From: a virus
Taxonomy: Duplodnaviria > Caudoviricetes
Virus record (IMG/VR): IMGVR_UViG_3300031623_000938
Span: 1-61,472 of that record
Length of the DNA: 61,472 nucleotides
Reading direction: 5' to 3' (one strand)
Part shown: piece by piece, positions 45,911 through 54,821 of the stretch
Layout of the letters: every line of letters starts with the position of its first letter
How positions within the stretch are numbered: position 1 is the first letter of the stretch
Position numbers and translations under genes: made by a program
Notes under the pieces: model-generated
Seen by the model: only the letters and a program-made list of their open reading frames with translations
Database searches by the model: none
Told to the model about the DNA's origin: nothing

Positions 45911-47866
45911 GTGAGCGATAAGAAAAAACTGAAAGTCTTTATCCATACTGATTCAAGTATGGCTAAGACAGGTTTCGGCAGGAACGCTAGAGCCTTATTG
46001 ATGTATTTATTTAAGACAGGTAAGTACGATATCGTTCACTACTGCATAGGCACTCAATACTCAGCCCCAGCACTCAAGAAAACACCTTGGAGGTCAATAG
46101 GTTGCTTGCCAGACAATCAAGCCGAACTTCAAATGCTACAGCAAGACCCAGCAGTAGCAAGAATGGCTGGATACGGGGCGCATATGATGGACAAGGTGAT
46201 TAAGGAGGAAAAACCAGATGTATACCTTGGTATCCAAGATATTTGGGGAGTAGATTATTCCATAGATAAAAACTGGTTCAACAAGATAAGCTCAGCTATC
46301 TGGACTACCCTTGACTCACTTCCAATACTACCTACAGCAGTAGATAAAGCACCTAAGATAAAGAACTATTGGATATGGAGCGACTTTGCTACGAAGGCCC
46401 TACATGAACTTGGGCACAAGCACGTTAAAACTCTACATGGAGCGGTTGACACTAAATGGTTCTTTAACATAGGTAACACTGAAAAGAAAAAATTGAGAGA
46501 GGCTCATGGGATTGATAAAGATGATTTTATTGTTGGGTTCGTGTTTCGGAATCAACTTAGAAAAACTATCTACTCCTTATTAGAGGGCTTCCAAAAGTTC
46601 AAGGAAAGATGCCCAGAGACCAAAGGCAAATCAAAATTGCTTTTACATACTCACTTTTCTGAAGGATGGGACATTCCCAAGCTTGCTTCCGAGTATGGCG
46701 TAGACATGAGCGAAATACTAACGACTTATGTTTGTCGAGGTTGCAAATCTTACTTTGTCAGGAACTTTGTTGGCCAAGATAAACGATGTCCCGTTTGCAA
46801 TAACGAGAATGGCCTTGTTACGACAAACACGACAGAGGGAGTGAGCGAGAAGCAGCTAAACGAAGTATACAACTTAATGGACGTATACGCGCACCCATTT
46901 ACTAGCGGAGGGCAAGAGATACCTATTCAGGAAGCAAAGCTCACCGAACTAATAACGCTTGTTACTAATTATAGCTGCGGGGAAGAAATGTGCGAGAAGG
47001 GTGCGGAGTCACTTGCTCTAGACTTTACTGTGTATAGAGAGCACGGCACTCAGTTCAAGAAAGCTCAAACTTCACCAGCTTCAATCTGCAAACAGCTTAC
47101 TAAAGTGTACAGGATGAAGCCTAAGCAACGTGCCGATGCAGGGCTGAAGGCCAGAAAGTGGACAATTGAGAACTACGCTGTAGAGGCTGTCGGCAAGAAG
47201 CTTGAAGATTTTTTTGATAGCTGTGAGCCTGTTGATTTTGATTTTGAGAAAGAGCCCGAAGTTGAACAAAAAGACCCGAATGTAAACGTACCAGTAATGG
47301 ATGACGATTCCGAATGGCTACTATGGATGTACCACAACATCCTGAAGATGAGAGACGTTGACGATAAGAATGACGGCCACAAGTACTGGATGAAAGAAAT
47401 GGAAAAGGGGATGTCTAGGAAGGACATCGAGCAGTATTTTAGAAAAGTGGCAATGGATGAGAACCAGAAGAGCAACGTTCAGAAAGTTGACTTTTCTGAC
47501 TTGCTAGATAAAAACGACGAAGGGAAAAGGATACTTTACGTAATGCCAGAAAGCATTGGTGATATTTTTCTATCAACCAGCCTATTTAAATCCATTAAGG
47601 AGACTTACCCAGACTACAATTTATATGTGGCATGTAAACCTGAATTCTCCGAAGCACTATTGTGCAACGAACACATTCACAAAAGAATCAACTACACACC
47701 CCAAATGGACAATATCACTTGGTTAGAAGGCAAAGGTGACCATAAGGGTTATTTTGAAATAGCTTTCTTGCCTTACGCAGTAACTCAAAGATTTTTGACG
47801 TACATGCACAACGGCAAGGATGAGGTAGTTTACAAAGACTTAAAATACGAAAATGCACCTAGTTGA
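45911..47866 (+). CDS. GT4-like glycosyltransferase with Zn-ribbon insertion and C-terminal GT9 N-terminal half
   Basis: TGFG, FRNQLRK, CRGC..CPVC, GGQEIPIQEAK; C-terminal ILYVMPESIGDIFLSTSL. Confidence 0.85.
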   Translation: MSDKKKLKVFIHTDSSMAKTGFGRNARALLMYLFKTGKYDIVHYCIGTQYSAPALKKTPWRSIGCLPDNQAELQMLQQDPAVARMAGYGAHMMDKVIKEEKPDVYLGIQDIWGVDYSIDKNWFNKISSAIWTTLDSLPILPTAVDKAPKIKNYWIWSDFATKALHELGHKHVKTLHGAVDTKWFFNIGNTEKKKLREAHGIDKDDFIVGFVFRNQLRKTIYSLLEGFQKFKERCPETKGKSKLLLHTHFSEGWDIPKLASEYGVDMSEILTTYVCRGCKSYFVRNFVGQDKRCPVCNNENGLVTTNTTEGVSEKQLNEVYNLMDVYAHPFTSGGQEIPIQEAKLTELITLVTNYSCGEEMCEKGAESLALDFTVYREHGTQFKKAQTSPASICKQLTKVYRMKPKQRADAGLKARKWTIENYAVEAVGKKLEDFFDSCEPVDFDFEKEPEVEQKDPNVNVPVMDDDSEWLLWMYHNILKMRDVDDKNDGHKYWMKEMEKGMSRKDIEQYFRKVAMDENQKSNVQKVDFSDLLDKNDEGKRILYVMPESIGDIFLSTSLFKSIKETYPDYNLYVACKPEFSEALLCNEHIHKRINYTPQMDNITWLEGKGDHKGYFEIAFLPYAVTQRFLTYMHNGKDEVVYKDLKYENAPS

Positions 47867-49031
47867 AGCATACGCCACTAACTGCGGTCTAAAAATCGAT
47901 AGACCGTATATGTACGAGAAGTTTTTCCCACTCAACGTGGAGAAGTACATAACCCTGCACCCTTTTACAAAGCCAGCAAAGAGTTATGACTACTGGCAGG
48001 AGGTGGTGAACTTATTGCTTCCCGTATTAGAGAAGGAAAACATTAGACTAATCCAGATAGGAGCGAAAGATGAGCCGAAAATAGTTGGTGCTGGATACAC
48101 CGCTGGTCAGACAAACATGAATCAAATAGCGTATTTGATCAAAGGGGGTCTTTTGCATCTTGGTGTCGATAGTTTCCCTACTCATGTCGCCTCTGCTTAC
48201 GATAAGAAAATAGTTTGCCTCTATAGTTCGAATCACCTTGCTTGCACTAAGCCTTACTGGGGTGACTCAGAAAATCATGTTTTGTTTATGCCCGACCTAA
48301 AGGGCAACAAGCCTTCGTTTTCCACAGAGGAATCCCCGAAAACAATAAACACTATTAAGCCAGAAAAAATAGCCAGTTCAGTTTGCTCGCTTCTAGGTAT
48401 AGACTTCGACTTTCCATATGAAACGATATATTTGGGACCCACTTTTGGAAGAAGACTAATAGAATCTATTCCAAATTCAGTGGTGGATGTTTCCTCCTTG
48501 GGAGTAGATTCCCTGATAGTGAGAATGGACTATGACTACAATGAGGAGAACTTAGTTAGCCAAATGCAAGTTTGCCCAGTATCGATCATAACAGACAAGC
48601 CAATCAGCAAAAAAATACTGACTCAATTTAGGTCTAGGATTAAAGAGGTCATTTATATCATTGAAAAAGTTAACCACCCTCAATTTGTGTTAGACATTCA
48701 GGAGTTGAACATAAGGCACATCATGCTTTCTACTCTTAAAGGTAAAGATTTGAGTGACGCGAAAATCAACTACATGGATTGCAACGCTATCATCAACGAA
48801 AAGCCAATCAAGAAGCAATCGGACATAGAGGAGTTGAGCGGGAGAGATATAAAAAAGTTATTTTATAAGTCGAACAAGTTCACCCTAAGCGAGGGCAAAG
48901 TCTTCTTGAGTTGGGCTGACCTAAAAGCAGGAAACCCTACCGAGGGATTTACAGCAATTCATCCAGTTACTGATAGTGATGATTTCTGGGTGGACTTAGA
49001 ATACTTTTCGATACTGGAAAAGGTTGGTTGA
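47853..49031 (+). CDS. GT9 (heptosyltransferase-like) C-terminal-half protein
   Basis: HLVEAYA, KSYDYWQEVV, IQIG, HLGVDSFPTHVA. Confidence 0.75.
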   Translation: MHLVEAYATNCGLKIDRPYMYEKFFPLNVEKYITLHPFTKPAKSYDYWQEVVNLLLPVLEKENIRLIQIGAKDEPKIVGAGYTAGQTNMNQIAYLIKGGLLHLGVDSFPTHVASAYDKKIVCLYSSNHLACTKPYWGDSENHVLFMPDLKGNKPSFSTEESPKTINTIKPEKIASSVCSLLGIDFDFPYETIYLGPTFGRRLIESIPNSVVDVSSLGVDSLIVRMDYDYNEENLVSQMQVCPVSIITDKPISKKILTQFRSRIKEVIYIIEKVNHPQFVLDIQELNIRHIMLSTLKGKDLSDAKINYMDCNAIINEKPIKKQSDIEELSGRDIKKLFYKSNKFTLSEGKVFLSWADLKAGNPTEGFTAIHPVTDSDDFWVDLEYFSILEKVG

Positions 49032-49063
49032 CTTGCCTACTCCGAAAGTGCCATTATCTCCGC

Positions 49064-49783
49064 ATGTCCGACATGGAATTCAACTTCGAAATCAAACCGA
49101 TCACAAGAGACGAGAATGGTCTAGTAAACAGTGGTCATGTTGATTATTCATTTAAAGAAGACGGGAGCATTAGCTGGCGTGACTTAATTGATTCAAAGTA
49201 CCTCGTGCCAAAAGACAAAGCTAAAGGCACTGACGTTAGCGATCTTCAAGACAGGGACTTACTGATCCTGCTGAACGGTATAAAGGAACTAGCTCAAATT
49301 CGTGGCTATAATTATGTCCAATACAATGTTGTTACAGCGAACCCAGAATACGTGATGGCATCATGCGAAATTGAGTGGATTCCGAATTACGAAACAGAGG
49401 GCAGGACTATCAAATTTCAAGCTCTTGCTGATGCGAGCTTGGACAACACTGATGGCTTTACAAGGTATTACCTAGCAGCGATAGCGGAAAATAGGGCATT
49501 CGTTCGTTGTGTTAGAAATTTTCTAAAGATTAACATCGTTGGCAAAGAGGAGATAGGAGCAGCAGTATCAACCCAGCCTATTATAGTTGATCAAACCGAC
49601 CCATGTTATCTTCTTGAAAAAATAATGCTAGACAAGAAGGTTACCTTTTCAATGATTAAAACAAAGATGATGGAGGAGAAGGTTAAAAACGCTGGTGATT
49701 TTGAGAACATTAAGGACATTCCTAAGATAAAGGCGTTCGAGCTTATAGAACGAATAAAGAAAGTTAAACAATCGTCCGCCTAG
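49064..49783 (+). CDS. hypothetical protein, possible Rad52/Sak-like annealing protein
   Basis: AIAENRAFVRCVR resembles the AETRA..RA.R helix; TTGACT-18-CATTAT upstream of ATG 49064. Confidence 0.6.
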   Translation: MSDMEFNFEIKPITRDENGLVNSGHVDYSFKEDGSISWRDLIDSKYLVPKDKAKGTDVSDLQDRDLLILLNGIKELAQIRGYNYVQYNVVTANPEYVMASCEIEWIPNYETEGRTIKFQALADASLDNTDGFTRYYLAAIAENRAFVRCVRNFLKINIVGKEEIGAAVSTQPIIVDQTDPCYLLEKIMLDKKVTFSMIKTKMMEEKVKNAGDFENIKDIPKIKAFELIERIKKVKQSSA

Positions 49784-49788
49784 TGTAA
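49783..49788 (+). promoter_or_regulatory. GTGTAA putative phage promoter element for tmRNA
   Basis: 10 nt upstream of the tmRNA 5' end. Confidence 0.5.
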
Positions 49789-49798
49789 GACTTTTTAC

Positions 49799-50203
49799 GG
49801 GGGCGTACTGGTTTCGATTTGGGACCTTACGCAAGATTGCAAGCAGAGGATGATGGTTGGCCTCTTTAAAAAACTATCAAGGCAATTCAACTGCCAATAA
49901 CAATGTTGATATGGCTCCTTCACTTGACGAAGCTGATGCGATTCTCGCTAAGTTTGGTTGGGCTGAAGAAGCTGCTGTAGCTGCGTAAGCTACCCGTCCT
50001 ACTCTGGATGCTCGTTAAGGAGCTAGGGCGTCGATAACGAGCAAAAAAACTAGGAAGGGTGAGGTGTCTAGTATAAATAAAGTGCCTCCAACCTCGTGTG
50101 TAGTTGTCAGTGATGAAGCACGAAAATTAACACTGACTATGCTTGTAGTATATCTTAGCAGATGGTTTTAAAGACAGGGGTTCGATTCCCCTCGCCTCCA
50201 CCA
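49799..50203 (+). ncRNA. ssrA: tmRNA
   Basis: 5' GGGGGCG pairs with 3' CGCCTCC-ACCA including G3:U wobble; T-arm GGGGTTCGATTCCCC; tag ORF 49893-49988 ends in AVAA*. Confidence 0.95.
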
Positions 50204-50225
50204 TTTTTATTGTTGAAGCATTTCA

Positions 50226-53200
50226 TTAATCCTTCCAACTAGTCCAGAAACTATTGTTTCTGTTGGCTTGTTCTTCGGTAAATTCGTCGAACCTTGAGTC
50301 TCTCTTACCCTTTCTTATTCCAGAAAGTTTTATGACTATTTCCTCTGGTGCATTTCCTTCTATTTTGACAAAGAGTTGACTGTTCTCAACTTTCATACCG
50401 CAGACACAAGGCTCAGAAGGAACATAACTTATGGGCTTCACCGACCCCTCTTCGCAAACATGTATATACTCTGGGTCTATTCCAACCCACATTTCCTTAT
50501 TCCCCATAGGGTTAATGACGAGAATGTCATCGAACCGAGTCTCAGGCATTTCCACACAAGTCAGTCCAACATAAACGCCTTCTTCTCTTCCTTTTACGAT
50601 TGCATATTTTGCACCCGTGGGACCCGTGGGTCCTTGAGGACCACCGGGACCGGGAGAGCCAGCAGGACCTGTGGGGCCATAACCGCCGGGGCCTGTAGGA
50701 CCAGCGGGACCTGTGGGTCCACCAATTGCACTAGGGTCACCTGTGGGACCAGTGGGGCCTGTGGGGCCATAACCGCCGGGGCCTGTAGGACCTGTAGGAC
50801 CAGTAGGACCACCGCCACCATCGGGACCAGCAGCACCACTTGGACCAGCCTCGCCAGAGGGACCAGCCTCGCCAGAGGGACCAGCCTCGCCAGAGGGACC
50901 AGCCTCGCCAGAAGGACCGCTGCCTTCCTCTTTCCACTCAACTCTTGTCCCGTTTAGCGTCAGAACACTTGAACTAGTACCTGATTCTACTTGGCCTATA
51001 TCTAATGTCGTTCCAATTGATGCCCCACTTATTACAGAGAATAGTCCACCGTCGTAATCAATCGAGGCTACGCTATGCCAACTACTACCCCCCTTATATC
51101 TAGAAATTAAGAAATTGTTAGATACGCTACCTCCGGGGACTGTCATACCTACGTTGAAAGCTTTCGAAGGAGAAACTCCGGGGCTACCATCTTTCCACAT
51201 TTGGTAACCAGCGTTACCAATTTCCAAATACGAGTTATACGAAAGTGGTCGATTTATAACGCTGTCCCAAACGAAGTTGCTACTCGCTGCAAATGAACCA
51301 GCATTGTTGTATTGATATTGGTAGCTGCTACCAGCAGGGGTTCCACCGCCACCACCGCCTGTAGGTCCTGTCGGACCAGCACCACCAGCGGGTCCAGTAG
51401 GACCAACGGGTCCTCCAGAAGGTCCCGTAGGACCAGCGGGGCCAGCGGAACCAGCGGAACCTGTAGGTCCAGCAGCACCAGCACCAGTAGGCCCTGTGGG
51501 GCCAGCGGAGCCAGCACCACCAGCGGGACCTGTCGGACCAGCGGGACCACCTCCGGGTCCTCCGGGTCCAGTGGGACCAGCACTACCAGCAGGACCTGTT
51601 GGACCAGCGGAACCAGCACCAGTAGGACCTGTCGGACCAGCGGAACCAGCACCCGTAGGACCTGTCGGACCAGCACCACCAGCACCACCAGCGGGTCCAG
51701 TAGGACCAGCGGGTCTTCCAGAAGGTCCCGTAGGACCAGCGGGGCCAGTAGGCCCAGTGGAGCCTCCACCACCAGCGTCTCCATACCTAGCAAAAGAAAC
51801 TACAACTCTGTCTCCACTAGTGAAAACTCCAGTGGTTTGATGTGGGAAATATGGACCACCATACTTTCCTGTTTGGTCGCACGAAGATACGAAATCAATT
51901 GGAACAGTGAAGTATTCAGTTAATCCATAATCTCCACTGTTAGATACATCCCCAGTAATGTTGTATGTTGCGAATCGACTAGAATCAAGCTCGTTAAATA
52001 TCCTCAACGAACCTTTTACGGAGTTGGAAGAATCATCTAAACCAGATATCCAAGGACTGTTATTGGTTTGATACAGTCCACTATCATGTATCCACATATA
52101 GTCGGCTTCATACAAACCCGTAACCGACTTCCAAGTTTTCTTACTGCCAAAATATATGTAACCACTAGTTGGGTCTATTAAGTCAAAGGCTGTTCCTGTT
52201 CTATCGTAAAAACTATAGATAACGCTGTTTCCACCGAATCCCCCTTTCGGACCAGTGGGACCACCAGCAGGACCTGTTGGGCCAGCAGTACCAGCGGAAC
52301 CTGTGGGGCCAGCAGCACCAGCACCAGTTGGACCTGTGGGACCAGTAGCACCAGCACCTCCTGCCGAACCAGTAGGACCAGCGGGGCCAGCAGGACCACC
52401 ACCGGGACCTGTTGGTCCCGGTCCTCCCCCCGGACCCGGATTACCAGTAGGACCTGTTGGTCCCGGTCCTCCCCCCGGACCCGGATTACCAGTAGGACCA
52501 GCAGAACCATCAGAACCAGCAGGACCAGCGGAACCTGTGGGACCAGCAGGACCTCCAGATGGTCCTGTCGGACCAGCAGAACCAGCGGGTCCTGCGGGAC
52601 CAGCGGAACCTCCCGGTCCAGTAGGACCAGCGGGACCACCATCGGGACCAGTAGGACCAGAAGCACCACCGGGACCAGTAGGCCCAATAACACCTCCACC
52701 AGAACCAACTATTTCGTGGACTGTAATTTGAGCATCAAGTAAATCAGTCTTATCTGGACCGGATTGTGTTCCTGCCCAGTTATATTTAAGATAATAATTT
52801 GCTGCTGAAACTGTGTTTGGAGAATCTAAATATGTCCAAGCCAGACTTGCGTAAGTATCTTCACCAGTGTCATCGTCTTGATATATTGACTTAGTTAAAC
52901 CAAGTTGAGTGGCATCCCTGTATAGCCGAGCGAAACATTGGCCGGGAGTGTATGCGTAATTATCATAACTAACTTTGACGTTTAAGTTACCATTGACTAA
53001 AACTTTGTTCCCTGTGTTAACGGGGGTAATCGCCTGTTGGACTGCCACCGTGTAGGTACTTGTATTATTACCTGATGTAGCACTAAGCGAACTCCCAAGA
53101 ACTTGCCCAACTTGTCCGCCACCTTTTGGACCAGTGGGACCAGTGGGGCCAACCGGACCACCACTAGGTCCAGCAGGGCCAGTACCGCCTATTGAACCAG

Positions 53201-54818
53201 TAGGCCCAGTGGGACCTAGTTGCCCTGATATACCTGAAATACCAATAGGCCCAGTGGGACCTATTGGTCCTATGGCCCCAGTGGCTCCTGTTGGGCCACC
53301 AGACGGTCCTCTTGGACCAGTAGGGCCAGTAACACCACCATCGCCAGCCCTATCAAAAGATATAACTACGTTATCTGCATTAGAAAACGAACTATTGCTT
53401 ACGACATGATCTACAAGAAGTGTCCTGTAGGTAGAAGCTGAAGTGCTCTCTCCCGTGACATTGAAGATCGCAAAAGTCGCTGCATTCGAATGCTTAACTA
53501 CTTTTACTGCTCCTAGATTTGAGGGGTTTGTGCTATCGTCAAAAGTGTCTAGCCAATTATCAACAAGGGTTCCGTCTGAGTTTCTATCGTCTACGAAGAT
53601 TTTTGATACGTCACCTATCGTTGCGCTATCGTAAGCCAATTTCCCATTTCCGGGGTCAGCGTCAGAAATTGTAGTATTGAAAGCGTACCTTAGAGCGTTT
53701 GCTCCTATTGGACCAGTGGCTCCTGTCGGACCAGTAGGACCCGTATTGCCTGTATTGCCTGTCGGTCCAGTGGGACCAGCTATCGTACTTGCTGCGCCCG
53801 TGGGTCCGGTAGGACCACTATCACCTTGATTGCCAATAGAAACAAAAGTTACCACTATTGGATCATCGTTACTAAAGACACTTGTTACCGACATCGCAGA
53901 TGATGCAACATGTATGACTTGTAGTCTTATATAACCTGAGACATCCGTGTTTGCGCCGTTTACATTAAGCGTGATGAACTTTTCAGGTTCGTCTTTTTTG
54001 AAAAATCTTAAATGCCCTCTAACATTACCAAGGCCAGAACCAGAGTCGTCGAAAGAATTAATCCAATCCTCCATACTAACGCCACTGGAGTTTTCAACAT
54101 CTATGAAGACTTTTGATATATTTGCGGACTGATGGTTGTCGAATCTAAGATAGCCTGATCCGGGGTCGGAATCCGTTTGTACGTTACTGAACGAATATTG
54201 TTGACTGTTACCGCCGAACCCGCCAACTGCGCCTGAAGCAACGAAGGTTACGAAAATTCCATCGGTATCCGAAAACACGTTAGAGATAGTATCGCTATCA
54301 CCATAATTAATATTTGTGACCGGAATCTTGAAGTAAGAGCCAACATAAGTTACCGCACCAGCCACCTTAAACGAACAGAACTTATCCGAGTTAGCTTGTT
54401 TATATATTTTCAGAGTGCCCCTGAAATCATAATTTGTATAGTTGTCATCGAAGTGATTAATCCAACTGTACATATCGTTGGAAGCTGTATTCCTGTCTAT
54501 GTAAATGAAGGTAGTCCCCGTGAAAGTCGTGCTATTCCACCTCAATTTTGCAAGACCGGGATCAGCGTCAGAAGTGCTAGACAGGTCTGCTATGTATGAT
54601 TGGGTATCACCTCCAGAGCCAGCAAGACCAGCAGGGCCTGTAGGTCCAGCACCTCCAGTACCTCCAGTGCCTCCAACGGGACCAGTGCCCCCAACAGGGC
54701 CAGTATTTCCACCGGGGCCTTGAGGGCCAGTTGGTCCGGGCGGACCTTGGGTTCCAAATTGACCCCCTTCTAGGGTTTCAACTCCTGTAGTTAATATTTG
54801 TGCTCTTCTTCTAGGCAT
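50226..54818 (-). CDS. collagen-like tail fibre / virion fibre protein
   Basis: Extensive GPT/GPA triplets interleaved with four copies of a ~135-aa D(A/S)DPG globular domain. Confidence 0.88.
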   Translation of the reverse strand: MPRRRAQILTTGVETLEGGQFGTQGPPGPTGPQGPGGNTGPVGGTGPVGGTGGTGGAGPTGPAGLAGSGGDTQSYIADLSSTSDADPGLAKLRWNSTTFTGTTFIYIDRNTASNDMYSWINHFDDNYTNYDFRGTLKIYKQANSDKFCSFKVAGAVTYVGSYFKIPVTNINYGDSDTISNVFSDTDGIFVTFVASGAVGGFGGNSQQYSFSNVQTDSDPGSGYLRFDNHQSANISKVFIDVENSSGVSMEDWINSFDDSGSGLGNVRGHLRFFKKDEPEKFITLNVNGANTDVSGYIRLQVIHVASSAMSVTSVFSNDDPIVVTFVSIGNQGDSGPTGPTGAASTIAGPTGPTGNTGNTGPTGPTGATGPIGANALRYAFNTTISDADPGNGKLAYDSATIGDVSKIFVDDRNSDGTLVDNWLDTFDDSTNPSNLGAVKVVKHSNAATFAIFNVTGESTSASTYRTLLVDHVVSNSSFSNADNVVISFDRAGDGGVTGPTGPRGPSGGPTGATGAIGPIGPTGPIGISGISGQLGPTGPTGSIGGTGPAGPSGGPVGPTGPTGPKGGGQVGQVLGSSLSATSGNNTSTYTVAVQQAITPVNTGNKVLVNGNLNVKVSYDNYAYTPGQCFARLYRDATQLGLTKSIYQDDDTGEDTYASLAWTYLDSPNTVSAANYYLKYNWAGTQSGPDKTDLLDAQITVHEIVGSGGGVIGPTGPGGASGPTGPDGGPAGPTGPGGSAGPAGPAGSAGPTGPSGGPAGPTGSAGPAGSDGSAGPTGNPGPGGGPGPTGPTGNPGPGGGPGPTGPGGGPAGPAGPTGSAGGAGATGPTGPTGAGAAGPTGSAGTAGPTGPAGGPTGPKGGFGGNSVIYSFYDRTGTAFDLIDPTSGYIYFGSKKTWKSVTGLYEADYMWIHDSGLYQTNNSPWISGLDDSSNSVKGSLRIFNELDSSRFATYNITGDVSNSGDYGLTEYFTVPIDFVSSCDQTGKYGGPYFPHQTTGVFTSGDRVVVSFARYGDAGGGGSTGPTGPAGPTGPSGRPAGPTGPAGGAGGAGPTGPTGAGSAGPTGPTGAGSAGPTGPAGSAGPTGPGGPGGGPAGPTGPAGGAGSAGPTGPTGAGAAGPTGSAGSAGPAGPTGPSGGPVGPTGPAGGAGPTGPTGGGGGGTPAGSSYQYQYNNAGSFAASSNFVWDSVINRPLSYNSYLEIGNAGYQMWKDGSPGVSPSKAFNVGMTVPGGSVSNNFLISRYKGGSSWHSVASIDYDGGLFSVISGASIGTTLDIGQVESGTSSSVLTLNGTRVEWKEEGSGPSGEAGPSGEAGPSGEAGPSGEAGPSGAAGPDGGGGPTGPTGPTGPGGYGPTGPTGPTGDPSAIGGPTGPAGPTGPGGYGPTGPAGSPGPGGPQGPTGPTGAKYAIVKGREEGVYVGLTCVEMPETRFDDILVINPMGNKEMWVGIDPEYIHVCEEGSVKPISYVPSEPCVCGMKVENSQLFVKIEGNAPEEIVIKLSGIRKGKRDSRFDEFTEEQANRNNSFWTSWKD
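50842..50913. repeat. 18-bp tandem repeat x4 (encodes GPSGEA)
   Basis: GGACCAGCCTCGCCAGAG repeated four times (last copy ends in A). Confidence 0.9.
52405..52494. repeat. 45-bp perfect tandem duplication
   Basis: GGACCTGTTGGTCCCGGTCCTCCCCCCGGACCCGGATTACCAGTA x2. Confidence 0.9.
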
Positions 54819-54821
54819 AGC

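Noticed and set aside
50842-52494. Tandem repeats as a possible CRISPR array, or DGR template/variable repeats
   Set aside because: No unique spacers; repeats are in-frame coding units; no reverse transcriptase or adenine-specific mismatch pattern seen
50376-54723. Many alternative-frame and antisense ORFs (e.g. 51496-51840, 52255-52731, 51254-51793)
   Set aside because: Shadows of the GC-rich, stop-poor collagen Gly-Pro-X codons
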